Assembly (NCBI RefSeq): GCF_009914755.1
Contig: NC_060933.1
Strand: one strand, 5' to 3'
Source of the DNA: the human T2T-CHM13v2.0 reference genome, Homo sapiens
DNA length: 64,000 bases
Shown: positions 41,401 through 56,430 of the stretch, one piece after another
Numbering within the stretch: position 1 is the first letter of the stretch
How the letters are laid out: each line of letters opens with the position of its first letter
The notes under the pieces: model-generated
The model's input: the letters and a program-made list of their open reading frames with translations, nothing else
Told to the model about the DNA's origin: nothing
Database searches by the model: none
Made by a program: the position numbers and the translations under genes

Positions 41401-44400
41401 CGCTTTGAGGCCTATGTTGAAAAAGGAAATATCTTCCCATAAAAACTAGACAGAAGCATTCTCAGAAACTTGTTTGTGATGTGTGTATTCAACTAACAGA
41501 GATGAACCTTTCTTTTTACAGAGCAGTTTTGAAACACTCTTTTTGTGGAATCTGAAAGTGGATATTTGGATAGCTTTGAGGATTTCGTTGGAAACGGGAT
41601 TACATATAAAATCTAGAGAGAAGCATTCTCAGGAACTTCTTTGTGATGTTTGCATTCAAGTCACAGAACTGAACTTTCCCTTTCATAGAGCATGTTTGAA
41701 ACACTCTTTCTGTAGTATCTGCAAGCGGACGTTTCAAGCGCTTTCAGGCCTATGGTGAGAAAGGAAATATCTTCAAGTAAAAACTAGACAGAAGCATTCT
41801 CAGAAACTTATTTGCCATGTGTGTTCTCAACTAACAGAGTTGAACCTTTGTTTTGATACGGCATTTTGGAAACACTCTTTTTGTAGAATCTGCAGGTGGA
41901 TATTCGGATAGCTTTGAAGGTTTCGTTGGAAACGGGAATATCTTCATAGAAAATCTAGACGGAAGCATTCTCAGAAACTGCTTTGTGATGTTTTCATTCA
42001 AGTCACAGAGTAGAATGTTCCCTTTTATATACCAGGTTTGAGACACTCTTTCTGCACTATCTGGAAGTGGACATTTGGAGTGCTTTGAGGCCTATGATGA
42101 AAAAGGAAATATCTTCCCATAAAAACTAGACAGAAGCATTCTCAGAAACTTGTTTGTGATGTGTGTATTCAACTAACAGAGATGAACCTTTCTTTTTACA
42201 GAGCAGTTTTGAAACACTCTTTTTGTGGAATCTGAAAGTGCATATTTGGATAGCTTTGAGGATTTCGTTGGAAACGGGATTACATATAAAATCTAGAGAG
42301 AAGCATTCTCAGGAACTTCTTTGTGATGTTTGCATTCACGTCACAGAACTGAACATTCCCTTTCATAGAGCATGTTTGAAACACTCTTTCTGTAGTATCT
42401 GCAAACGGACATTTCAAGCGCTTTCAGGCCTATGGTAAGAAAGGAAATATCTTCAAATAAAAACTAGACAGAAGCATTCTCAGAAACTTATTTGCGATGT
42501 GTGTCCTCAACTAACAGAGTTGAACCTTTGTTTTGACACAACATTTTGGAAACACTCTTTTAGTAGAATCTGCAAGTGGATATTTGGATAGCTTTGAAGG
42601 TTTCGTTGGAAACGGGAATATCTTCATATAAAATCAAGACAGAAGCATTCTCAGAAACTTCTCTGTGATGTTTGCATTCAACTCATAGAGGTGAACACTT
42701 CCCTTCATAGAGCAGTTTTGAAACACTCTTTTTGTAATATTTGGAAGTGGACATTTGCAGCGCTTTGAGGCCTATGTTGAAAAAGGAAATATCTTCTCCT
42801 AAAAACCAGACAAAAGCATTCTCAGAAACTTCCTTGTGATGTGTGTACTCAAGTAACAGAGTTGAACCTTACTTTTGACAGAGCCGTTTTGAAACAGTCT
42901 TTTTGTAGAATCTGGAAGTAGATATTTGGACACCTTTGAGGATTTCTTTGGAAACGGGATATCTTCATATAAAATCTAGACAGAAGCATTCTCAGAAACT
43001 TCTTTGTGCTGTATGTCCTCAATTAACAGAGTTGAACCTTTGTGTGGATACAGCATTTTGGAAACACTCCTTTAGTAGGATATGCAAGTTGATATTTAGA
43101 TAGCTAGGAAGATTTCCTTGGAAACGGGAATATCTTCATATAAAATCTAGACGGAAGCATTCTCAGAAAGTGCTTTGTGATGTTTGCATTCAAGTCACAG
43201 AGTTGAATATTCCCTTTTATAGAGCAGGTTTGAAACACTCTTTCTGCACTACCTGGAAGTGGACATTTGGAGCGCTTTGAGGCCTATGTTGGAAAAGGAA
43301 ATATCTTCCCATAAAAACTAGACAGAAGCATTCTCAGAAACTTGTTTGTGATGTGTGTATTCAACTAACAGAGATGAACCTTTCTTTTTACAGAGCAGTT
43401 TTGAAACACTCTTTTTGTGGAATCTGAAAGTGCATATTTGGATAGCTTCGAGGATTTCGTTGGAAACGGGATTACATATAAAATCTAGAGAGAAGCATTC
43501 TCAGGAACTTCTTTGTGATGTTTGCATTCAAGTCACAGAACTGAACATTCCCTTTCATAGAGCATGTTTGAAACACTCTTTCTGTAGTATCTGCAAGCGG
43601 ACGTTTCAAGCGCTTTCAGGCCTATGGTGAGAAAGGAAATATCTTCAAGTAAAAACTAGACAGAAGCATTCTCAGGAACTTATTTGCCATGTGTGTTCTC
43701 AACTAACAGAGTTGAACCTTTGTTTTGATACGGCATTTTGGAAACACTCTTTTTGTAGAATCTGCAGGTGGATATTCGGATAGCTTTGAAGGTTTCGTTG
43801 GAAACGGGAATATCTTCATAGAAAATCTAGACGGAAGCATTCTCAGAAACTGCTTTGTGATGTTTTCATTCAAGTCACAGAGTAGAATGTTCCCTTTTAT
43901 ATACCAGGTTTGAGACACTCTTTCTGCACTATCTGGAAGTGGACATTTGGAGCGCTTTGAGGCCTATGATGAAAAAGGAAATATATTCCCATAAAAACTA
44001 GACAGAAGCATTCTCAGAAACTTGTTTGTGATGTGTGTATTCAACTAACAGAGATGAACCTTTCTTTTTACAGAGCAGTTTTGAAACACTCTTTTTGTGG
44101 AATCTGAAAGTGTATATTTGGATAGCTTTGAGGATTTCGTTGGAAACGGGATTACCTATAAAATCTAGAGAGAAGCATTCTCAGGAACTTCTTTGTGATG
44201 TTTGCATTCACGTCACAGAACTGAACATTCCCTTTCATAGAGCATGTTTGAAACACTTTCTGTAGTATCTGCAAACGGACATTTCAAGCGCTTTCAGGCC
44301 TATGGTAAGAAAGGAAATATCTTCAAATAAAAACTAGACAGAAGCATTCTCAGAAACTTATTTGCGATGTGTGTCCTCAACTAACAGAGTTGAACCTTTG

Positions 44401-47400
44401 TTTTGATACAACATTTTGGAAACACTCTTTTTGTAGGATCTGCAAGTGGATATTTGGATAGCTTTGAAGGTTTCGTTGGAAACGGGAATATCTTCATATA
44501 AAATCAAGACAGAAGCATTCTCAGAAACTTCTCTGTGATGTTTGCATTCAACTCATAGAGGTGAACACTTCCCTTCCTAGAGCAGGTTTGAAACACTCTT
44601 TTTGTAATATTTGGAAGTGGACATTTGCAGCGCTTTGAGGCCTATGTTGAAAAAGGAAATATCTTCTCCTAAAAACCAGACAGAAGCATTCTCAGAAACT
44701 TCCTTGTGATGTGTGTACTCAAGTAACAGAGTTGAACCTTACTTTGGACAGAGCCGTTTTGAAACAGTCTTTTTGTAGAATCTGGAAGTAGATATTTGGA
44801 CACCTTTGAGGATTTCTTTGGAAACGGGATATCTTCATATAAAATCTAGACAGAAGCATTCTCAGAAACTTCTTTGTGCTGTATGTCCTCAATTAACAGA
44901 GTTGAACCTTTGTGTGGATACAGCATTTTGGAAACACTCCTTTAGTAGGATATGCAAGTTGATATTTAGATAGCTAGGAAGATTTCCTTGGAAACGGGAA
45001 TATCTTCATATAAAATCTAGACGGAAGCATTCTCAGAAAGTGCTTTGTGATGTTTGCATTCAAGTCACAGAGTTGAATATTCCCATTTATAGAGCAGGTT
45101 TGAAACACTCTTTCTGCACTACCTGGAAGTGGACATTTGGAGCGCTTTGAGGCCTATGTTGAAAAAGGAAATATCTTCCCATAAAAACTAGACAGAAGCA
45201 TTCTCAGAAACTTGTTTGTGATGTGTGTATTCAACTAACAGAGATGAACCTTTCATTTTACAGAGCAGTTTTGAAACACTCTTTTTGTGGAATCTGAAAG
45301 TGGATATTTGGATAGCTTCGAGGATTTCGTTGGAAACGGGATTACATATAAAATCTAGAGAGAAGCATTCTCAGGAACTTCTTTGTGATGTTTGCATTCA
45401 AGTCACAGAACTGAACATTCCCTTTCATAGAGCATGTTTGAAACACTCTTTCTGTAGTATCTGCAAGCGGACGTTTCAAGCGCTTTCAAGCCTATGGTGA
45501 GAAAGGAAATATCTTCAAGTAAAAACTAGACAGAAGCATTCTCAGAAACTTATTTCCCATGTGTGTTCTCAACTAACAGAGTTGAACCTTTGTTTTGATA
45601 CGGCATTTTGGAAACACTCTTTTTGTAGAATCTGCAGGTGGATATTCGGATAGCTTTGAAGGTTTCGTTGGAAATGGGAATATCTTCATAGAAAATCTAG
45701 ACGGAAGCATTCTCAGAAACTGCTTTGTGATGTTTTCATTCAAGTCACAGAGTAGAATGTTCCCTTTTATATACCAGGTTTGAGACACTCTTTCTGCACT
45801 ATCTGGAAGTGGACATTTGGAGCGCTTTGAGGCCTATGATGAAAAAGGAAATATCTTCGCATAAAAACTAGACAGAAGCATTCTCAGAAACTTGTTTGTG
45901 ATGTGTGTATTCAACTAACAGAGATGAACCTTTCTTTTTACAGAGCAGTTTTGAAACACTCTTTTTGTGGAATCTGAAAGTGCATATTTGGATAGCTTTG
46001 AGGATTTCGTTGGAAATGGGATTACATATAAAATCTAGAGAGAAGCATTCTCAGGAACTTCTTTGTGATGTTTGCATTCACGTCACAGAACTGAACATTC
46101 CCTTTCATAGAGCATGTTTGAAACACTCTTTCTGTAGTATCTGCAAACGGACATTTCAAGCGCTTTCAGGCCTATGGTAAGAAAGGAAATTTCTTCAAAT
46201 AAAAACTAGACAGAAGCATTCTCAGAAACTTATTTGCGATGTGTGTCCTCAACTAACAGAGTTGAACCTTTGTTTTGATACAACATTTTGGAAACACTCT
46301 TTTAGTAGAATCTGCAAGTGGATATTTGGATAGCTTTGAAGGTTTCGTTGGAAACGGGAATATCTTCATATAAAATCAAGACAGAAGCATTCTCAGAAAC
46401 TTCTCTGTGATGTTTGCATTCAACTCATAGAGGTGAACACTTCCCTTCATAGAGCAGTTTTGAAACACTCTTTTTGTAATATTTGGAAGTGGACATTTGC
46501 AGCGCTTTGAGGCCTTTGTTGAAAAAGGAAATATCTTCTCCTAAAAACCAGACAGAAGCATTCTCAGAAACTTCCTTGTGATGTGTGTACTCAAGTAACA
46601 AAGTTGAACCTTACTTTTGACAGAGCCGTTTTGAAACAGTCTTTTTGTAGAATCTGGAAGTAGATATTTGGACACCTTTGAGGATTTCTTTGGAAACGGG
46701 ATATCTTCATATAAAACCTAGACAGAAGCATTCTCAGAAACTTCTTTGTGCTGTATGTCCTCAATTAACAGAGTTGAACCTTTGTGTGGATACAGCATTT
46801 TGGAAACACTCCTTTAGTAGGATATGCAAGTTGATATTTAGATAGCTAGGAAGATTTCCTTGGAAACGGGAATATCTTCATATAAAATCTAGACGGAAGC
46901 ATTCTCAGAAAGTGCTTTGTGATGTTTGCATTCAAGTCACAGAGTTGAATATTCCCTTTTATAGAGCAGGTTTGAAACACTCTTTCTGCACTACCTGGAA
47001 GTGGACATTTGGAGCGCTTTGAGGCTTATGTTGAAAAAGGAAATAACTTCCCATAAAAACTAGACAGAAGCATTCTCAGAAACTTGTTTGTGATGTGTGT
47101 ATTCAACTAACAGAGATGAACCTTTCTTTTTACAGAGCAGTTTTGAAACACTCTTTTTGTGGAATCTGAAAGTGGATATTTGGATAGCTTTGAGGATTTC
47201 GTTGGAAACGGTATTACATATAAAATCTAGGGAGAAGCATTCTCAGGAACTTCTTTGTGATGTTTGCATTCAAGTCACAGAACTGAACATTCCCTTTCAT
47301 AGAGCATGTTTGAAACACTCTGTCTGTAGTATCTACAAGCGGACGTTTCAAGCGCTTTCAGGCCTATGGTGAGAAAGGAAATATCTTCACGTAAAAACTA

Positions 47401-50400
47401 GACAGAAGCATTCTCAGAAACTTATTTGCCATGTGTGTTCTCAACTAACAGAGTTGAACCTTTGTTTTGATACGGCATTTTGGAAACACTCTTTTTGTAG
47501 AATCTGCAGGTGGATATTCGGATAGCTTTGAAGGTTTCGTTGGAAACGGGAATATCTTCATATAAAATCGAGACGGAAGCATTCTCAGAAACTGCTTTGT
47601 GATGTTTTCATTCAAGCCACAGAGTAGAATGTTCCCTTTTATATACCAGGTTTGAGACACTCTTTCTGCACTATCTGGAAGTGGACATTTGGAGCGCTTT
47701 GAGGCCTATGATGAAAAAGGAAATATCTTCCCATAAAAACTAGACAGAAGCATTCTCAGAAACTTGTTTGTGATGTGTGTATTCAACTAACAGAGATGAA
47801 CCTTTCTTTTTACAGAGCAGTTTTGAAACACTCTTTTTGTGGAATCTGAAAGTGGATATTTGGATAGCTTTGAGGATTTCGTTGGAAACGGGATTACATA
47901 TAAAATCTAGAGAGAAGCATTCTCAGGAACTTCTTTGTGATGTTTGCATTCACGCCACAGAACTGAACATTCCCTTTCATAGAGCATGTTTGAAACACTC
48001 TTTCTGTAGTATCTGCAAACGGACATTTCAAGCGCTTTCAGGCCTATGGTAAGAAAGGAAATATCTTCAAATAAAAACTAGACAGAAGCATTCTCAGAAA
48101 CTTATTTGCGATGTGTGTCCTCAACTAACAGAGTTGAACCTTTGTTTTGATACAACATTTTGGAAACACTCTTGTTGTAGAATCTGCAAGTGGATATTTG
48201 GATAGCTTTGAAGGTTTCGTTGGAAACGGGAATATCTTCATATAAAATCAAGACAGAAGCATTCTCAGAAACTTCTCTGTGATGTTTGCATTCAACTCAT
48301 AGAGTTGAACACTTCCCTTCATAGAGCAGGTTTGAAACACTCTTTTTGTAATATTTTGAAGTGGACATTTGCAGCGCTTTGAGGCCTATGTTGAAAAAGG
48401 AAATATCTTCTCCTAAAAACCAGACAGAAGCATTCTCAGAAACTTCCTTGTGATGTGTGTACTCAAGTAACAGAGTTGAACCTTACTTTTGACAGAGCCG
48501 TTTTGAAACAGTCTTGTTGTAGAATCTGGAAGTAGATATTTGGACACCTTTGAGGATTTCTTTGGAAACGGGATATCTTCATATAAAATCTAGACAGAAG
48601 CATTCTCAGAAACTTCTTTGTGCTGTATGTCCTCAATTAACAGAGTTGAACCTTTGTGTGGATACAGCATTTTGGAAACACTCCTTTAGTAGGATATGCA
48701 AGTTGATATTTAGATAGCTAGGAAGATTTCCTTGGAAACGGGAATATCTTCATATAAAATCTAGACGGAAGCATTCTCAGAAAGTGCTTTGTGATGTTTG
48801 CATTCAAGTCACAGAGTTGAATATTCCCATTTATAGAGCAGGTTTGAAACACTCTTTCTGCACTACCTGGAAGTGGACATTTGGAGCGCTTTGAGGCCTA
48901 TGTTGAAAAAGGAAATATCTTCCCATAAAAACTAGACAGAAGCATTCTCAGAAACTTGTTTGTGATGTGTGTATTCAACTAACAGAGATGAACCTTTCAT
49001 TTTACAGAGCAGTTTTGAAACACTCTTTTTGTGGAATCTGAAAGTGGATATTTGGATAGCTTCGAGGATTTCGTTGGAAACGGGATTACATATAAAATCT
49101 AGAGAGAAGCATTCTCAGGAACTTCTTTGTGATGTTTGCATTCAAGTCACAGAACTGAACATTCCCTTTCATAGAGCATGTTTGAAACACTCTTTCTGTA
49201 GTATCTGCAAGCGGACGTTTCAAGCGCTTTCAAGCCTATGGTGAGAAAGGAAATATCTTCAAGTAAAAACTAGACAGAAGCATTCTCAGAAACTTATTTC
49301 CCATGTGTGTTCTCAACTAACAGAGTTGAACCTTTGTTTTGATACGGCATTTTGGAAACACTCTTTTTGTAGAATCTGCAGGTGGATATTCGGATAGCTT
49401 TGAAGGTTTCGTTGGAAATGGGAATATCTTCATAGAAAATCTAGACGGAAGCATTCTCAGAAACTGCTTTGTGATGTTTTCATTCAAGTCACAGAGTAGA
49501 ATGTTCCCTTTTATATACCAGGTTTGAGACACTCTTTCTGCACTATCTGGAAGTGGACATTTGGAGCGCTTTGAGGCCTATGATGAAAAAGGAAATATCT
49601 TCGCATAAAAACTAGACAGAAGCATTCTCAGAAACTTGTTTGTGATGTGTGTATTCAACTAACAGTGATGAACCTTTCTTTTTACAGAGCAGTTTTGAAA
49701 CACTCTTTTTGTGGAATCTGAAAGTGGATATTTGGATAGCTTTGAGGATTTCGTTGGAAACGGGATTACATATAAAATCTAGAGAGAAGCATTCTCAGGA
49801 ACTTCTTTGTGATGTTTGCATTCAAGTCACAGAACTGAACATTCCCTTTCATAGAGCATGTTTGAAACACTCTTTCTGTAGTATCTGCAAACGGACATTT
49901 CAAGCGCTTTCAGGCCTATGGTAAGAAAGGAAATATCTTCAAATAAAAACTAGACAGAAGCATTCTCAGAAACTTATTTGCGATGTGTGTCCTCAACTAA
50001 CAGAGTTGAACCTTTGTTTTGATACAACATTTTGGAAACACTCTTGTTGTAGAATCTGCAAGTGGATATTTGGATAGCTTTGAAGGTTTCGTTGGAAACG
50101 GGAATATCTTCATATAAAATCAAGACAGAAGCATTCTCAGAAACTTCTCTGTGATGTTTGCATTCAACTCATAGAGTTGAACACTTCCCTTCATAGAGCA
50201 GGTTTGAAACACTCTTTTTGTAATATTTTGAAGTGGACATTTGCAGCGCTTTGAGGCCTATGTTGAAAAAGGAAATATCTTCTCCTAAAAACCAGACAGA
50301 AGCATTCTCAGAAACTTCCTTGTGATGTGTGTACTCAAGTAACAGAGTTGAACCTTACTTTTGACAGAGCCGTTTTGAAACAGTCTTGTTGTAGAATCTG

Positions 50401-53400
50401 GAAGTAGATATTTGGACACCTTTGAGGATTTCTTTGGAAACGGGATATCTTCATATAAAATCTAGACAGAAGCATTCTCAGAAACTTCTTTGTGCTGTAT
50501 GTCCTCAATTAACAGAGTTGAACCTTTGTGTGGATACAGCATTTTGGAAACACTCCTTTAGTAGGATATGCAAGTTGATATTTAGATAGCTAGGAAGATT
50601 TCCTTGGAAACGGGAATATCTTCATATAAAATCTAGACGGAAGCATTCTCAGAAAGTGCTTTGTGATGTTTGCATTCAAGTCACAGAGTTGAATATTCCC
50701 ATTTATAGAGCAGGTTTGAAACACTCTTTCTGCACTACCTGGAAGTGGACATTTGGAGCGCTTTGAGGCCTATGTTGAAAAAGGAAATATCTTCCCATAA
50801 AAACTAGACAGAAGCATTCTCAGAAACTTGTTTGTGATGTGTGTATTCAACTAACAGAGATGAACCTTTCATTTTACAGAGCAGTTTTGAAACACTCTTT
50901 TTGTGGAATCTGAAAGTGGATATTTGGATAGCTTCGAGGATTTCGTTGGAAACGGGATTACATATAAAATCTAGAGAGAAGCATTCTCAGGAACTTCTTT
51001 GTGATGTTTGCATTCAAGTCACAGAACTGAACATTCCCTTTCATAGAGCATGTTTGAAACACTCTTTCTGTAGTATCTGCAAGCGGACGTTTCAAGCGCT
51101 TTCAAGCCTATGGTGAGAAAGGAAATATCTTCAAGTAAAAACTAGACAGAAGCATTCTCAGAAACTTATTTCCCATGTGTGTTCTCAACTAACAGAGTTG
51201 AACCTTTGTTTTGATACGGCATTTTGGAAACACTCTTTTTGTAGAATCTGCAGGTGGATATTCGGATAGCTTTGAAGGTTTCGTTGGAAATGGGAATATC
51301 TTCATAGAAAATCTAGACGGAAGCATTCTCAGAAACTGCTTTGTGATGTTTTCATTCAAGTCACAGAGTAGAATGTTCCCTTTTATATACCAGGTTTGAG
51401 ACACTCTTTCTGCACTATCTGGAAGTGGACATTTGGAGCGCTTTGAGGCCTATGATGAAAAAGGAAATATCTTCGCATAAAAACTAGACAGAAGCATTCT
51501 CAGAAACATGTTTGTGATGTGTGTATTCAACTAACAGAGATGAACCTTTCTTTTTACAGAGCAGTTTTGAAACACTCTTTTTGTGGAATCTGAAAGTGCA
51601 TATTTGGATAGCTTTGAGGATTTCGTTGGAAATGGGATTACATATAAAATCTAGAGAGAAGCATTCTCAGGAACTTCTTTGTGATGTTTGCATTCACGTC
51701 ACAGAACTGAACATTCCCTTTCATAGAGCATGTTTGAAACACTCTTTCTGTAGTATCTGCAAACGGACATTTCAAGCGCTTTCAGGCCTATGGTAAGAAA
51801 GGAAATTTCTTCAAATAAAAACTAGACAGAAGCATTCTCAGAAACTTATTTGCGATGTGTGTCCTCAACTAACAGAGTTGAACCTTTGTTTTGATACAAC
51901 ATTTTGGAAACACTCTTGTTGTAGAATCTGCAAGTGGATATTTGGATAGCTTTGAAGGTTTCGTTGGAAACGGGAATATCTTCATATAAAATCAAGACAG
52001 AAGCATTCTCAGAAACTTCTCTGTGATGTTTGCATTCAACTCATAGAGTTGAACACTTCCCTTCATAGAGCAGGTTTGAAACACTCTTTTTGTAATATTT
52101 TGAAGTGGACATTTGCAGCGCTTTGAGGCCTATGTTGAAAAAGGAAATATCTTCTCCTAAAAACCAGACAGAAGCATTCTCAGAAACTTCCTTGTGATGT
52201 GTGTACTCAAGTAACAGAGTTGAACCTTACTTTTGACAGAGCCGTTTTGAAACAGTCTTGTTGTAGAATCTGGAAGTAGATATTTGGACACCTTTGAGGA
52301 TTTCTTTGGAAACGGGATATCTTCATATAAAATCTAGACAGAAGCATTCTCAGAAACTTCTTTGTGCTGTATGTCCTCAATTAACAGAGTTGAACCTTTG
52401 TGTGGATACAGCATTTTGGAAACACTCCTTTAGTAGGATATGCAAGTTGATATTTAGATAGCTAGGAAGATTTCCTTGGAAACGGGAATATCTTCATATA
52501 AAATCTAGACGGAAGCATTCTCAGAAAGTGCTTTGTGATGTTTGCATTCAAGTCACAGAGTTGAATATTCCCATTTATAGAGCAGGTTTGAAACACTCTT
52601 TCTGCACTACCTGGAAGTGGACATTTGGAGCGCTTTGAGGCCTATGTTGAAAAAGGAAATATCTTCCCATAAAAACTAGACAGAAGCATTCTCAGAAACT
52701 TGTTTGTGATGTGTGTATTCAACTAACAGAGATGAACCTTTCATTTTACAGAGCAGTTTTGAAACACTCTTTTTGTGGAATCTGAAAGTGGATATTTGGA
52801 TAGCTTCGAGGATTTCGTTGGAAACGGGATTACATATAAAATCTAGAGAGAAGCATTCTCAGGAACTTCTTTGTGATGTTTGCATTCAAGTCACAGAACT
52901 GAACATTCCCTTTCATAGAGCATGTTTGAAACACTCTTTCTGTAGTATCTGCAAGCGGACGTTTCAAGCGCTTTCAAGCCTATGGTGAGAAAGGAAATAT
53001 CTTCAAGTAAAAACTAGACAGAAGCATTCTCAGAAACTTATTTCCCATGTGTGTTCTCAACTAACAGAGTTGAACCTTTGTTTTGATACGGCATTTTGGA
53101 AACACTCTTTTTGTAGAATCTGCAGGTGGATATTCGGATAGCTTTGAAGGTTTCGTTGGAAATGGGAATATCTTCATAGAAAATCTAGACGGAAGCATTC
53201 TCAGAAACTGCTTTGTGATGTTTTCATTCAAGTCACAGAGTAGAATGTTCCCTTTTATATACCAGGTTTGAGACACTCTTTCTGCACTATCTGGAAGTGG
53301 ACATTTGGAGCGCTTTGAGGCCTATGATGAAAAAGGAAATATCTTCGCATAAAAACTAGACAGAAGCATTCTCAGAAACTTGTTTGTGATGTGTGTATTC

Positions 53401-56400
53401 AACTAACAGTGATGAACCTTTCTTTTTACAGAGCAGTTTTGAAACACTCTTTTTGTGGAATCTGAAAGTGGATATTTGGATAGCTTTGAGGATTTCGTTG
53501 GAAACGGGATTACATATAAAATCTAGAGAGAAGCATTCTCAGGAACTTCTTTGTGATGTTTGCATTCAAGTCACAGAACTGAACATTCCCTTTCATAGAG
53601 CATGTTTGAAACACTCTTTCTGTAGTATCTGCAAACGGACATTTCAAGCGCTTTCAGGCCTATGGTAAGAAAGGAAATATCTTCAAATAAAAACTAGACA
53701 GAAGCATTCTCAGAAACTTATTTGCGATGTGTGTCCTCAACTAACAGAGTTGAACCTTTGTTTTGATACAACATTTTGGAAACACTCTTGTTGTAGAATC
53801 TGCAAGTGGATATTTGGATAGCTTTGAAGGTTTCGTTGGAAACGGGAATATCTTCATATAAAATCAAGACAGAAGCATTCTCAGAAACTTCTCTGTGATG
53901 TTTGCATTCAACTCATAGAGTTGAACACTTCCCTTCATAGAGCAGGTTTGAAACACTCTTTTTGTAATATTTTGAAGTGGACATTTGCAGCGCTTTGAGG
54001 CCTATGTTGAAAAAGGAAATATCTTCTCCTAAAAACCAGACAGAAGCATTCTCAGAAACTTCCTTGTGATGTGTGTACTCAAGTAACAGAGTTGAACCTT
54101 ACTTTTGACAGAGCCGTTTTGAAACAGTCTTGTTGTAGAATCTGGAAGTAGATATTTGGACACCTTTGAGGATTTCTTTGGAAACGGGATATCTTCATAT
54201 AAAATCTAGACAGAAGCATTCTCAGAAACTTCTTTGTGCTGTATGTCCTCAATTAACAGAGTTGAACCTTTGTGTGGATACAGCATTTTGGAAACACTCC
54301 TTTAGTAGGATATGCAAGTTGATATTTAGATAGCTAGGAAGATTTCCTTGGAAACGGGAATATCTTCATATAAAATCTAGACGGAAGCATTCTCAGAAAG
54401 TGCTTTGTGATGTTTGCATTCAAGTCACAGAGTTGAATATTCCCATTTATAGAGCAGGTTTGAAACACTCTTTCTGCACTACCTGGAAGTGGACATTTGG
54501 AGCGCTTTGAGGCCTATGTTGAAAAAGGAAATATCTTCCCATAAAAACTAGACAGAAGCATTCTCAGAAACTTGTTTGTGATGTGTGTATTCAACTAACA
54601 GAGATGAACCTTTCATTTTACAGAGCAGTTTTGAAACACTCTTTTTGTGGAATCTGAAAGTGGATATTTGGATAGCTTCGAGGATTTCGTTGGAAACGGG
54701 ATTACATATAAAATCTAGAGAGAAGCATTCTCAGGAACTTCTTTGTGATGTTTGCATTCAAGTCACAGAACTGAACATTCCCTTTCATAGAGCATGTTTG
54801 AAACACTCTTTCTGTAGTATCTGCAAGCGGACGTTTCAAGCGCTTTCAAGCCTATGGTGAGAAAGGAAATATCTTCAAGTAAAAACTAGACAGAAGCATT
54901 CTCAGAAACTTATTTCCCATGTGTGTTCTCAACTAACAGAGTTGAACCTTTGTTTTGATACGGCATTTTGGAAACACTCTTTTTGTAGAATCTGCAGGTG
55001 GATATTCGGATAGCTTTGAAGGTTTCGTTGGAAATGGGAATATCTTCATAGAAAATCTAGACGGAAGCATTCTCAGAAACTGCTTTGTGATGTTTTCATT
55101 CAAGTCACAGAGTAGAATGTTCCCTTTTATATACCAGGTTTGAGACACTCTTTCTGCACTATCTGGAAGTGGACATTTGGAGCGCTTTGAGGCCTATGAT
55201 GAAAAAGGAAATATCTTCGCATAAAAACTAGACAGAAGCATTCTCAGAAACTTGTTTGTGATGTGTGTATTCAACTAACAGAGATGAACCTTTCTTTTTA
55301 CAGAGCAGTTTTGAAACACTCTTTTTGTGGAATCTGAAAGTGCATATTTGGATAGCTTTGAGGATTTCGTTGGAAATGGGATTACATATAAAATCTAGAG
55401 AGAAGCATTCTCAGGAACTTCTTTGTGATGTTTGCATTCACGTCACAGAACTGAACATTCCCTTTCATAGAGCATGTTTGAAACACTCTTTCTGTAGTAT
55501 CTGCAAACGGACATTTCAAGCGCTTTCAGGCCTATGGTAAGAAAGGAAATTTCTTCAAATAAAAACTAGACAGAAGCATTCTCAGAAACTTATTTGCGAT
55601 GTGTGTCCTCAACTAACAGAGTTGAACCTTTGTTTTGATACAACATTTTGGAAACACTCTTTTAGTAGAATCTGCAAGTGGATATTTGGATAGCTTTGAA
55701 GGTTTCGTTGGAAACGGGAATATCTTCATATAAAATCAAGACAGAAGCATTCTCAGAAACTTCTCTGTGATGTTTGCATTCAACTCATAGAGGTGAACAC
55801 TTCCCTTCATAGAGCAGTTTTGAAACACTCTTTTTGTAATATTTGGAAGTGGACATTTGCAGCGCTTTGAGGCCTTTGTTGAAAAAGGAAATATCTTCTC
55901 CTAAAAACCAGACAGAAGCATTCTCAGAAACTTCCTTGTGATGTGTGTACTCAAGTAACAAAGTTGAACCTTACTTTTGACAGAGCCGTTTTGAAACAGT
56001 CTTTTTGTAGAATCTGGAAGTAGATATTTGGACACCTTTGAGGATTTCTTTGGAAACGGGATATCTTCATATAAAATCTAGACAGAAGCATTCTCACAAA
56101 CTTCTTTGTGCTGTATGTCCTCAATTAACAGAGTTGAACCTTTGTGTGGATACAGCATTTTGGAAACACTCCTTTAGTAGTATATGCAAGTTGATATTTA
56201 GATAGCTAGGAAGATTTCCTTGGAAACGGGAATATCTTCATATAAAATCTAGACGGAAGCATTCTCAGAAAGTGCTTTGTGATGTTTGCATTCAAGTCAC
56301 AGAGTTGAATATTCCCTTTTATAGAGCAGGTTTGAAACACTCTTTCTGCACTACCTGGAAGTGGACATTTGGAGCGCTTTGAGGCCTATGTTGAAAAAGG

Positions 56401-56430
56401 AAATAAATTCCCATAAAAACTAGACAGAAG
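26481..56430 (+). repeat. 16 consecutive regular 11-mer (4+7, 1872 bp) HORs
   Basis: ORF starts alternate strictly at 680 and 1192 bp. The span is 29950 bp = 16x1872 minus one 2 bp deletion near 44257. Confidence 0.94.
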
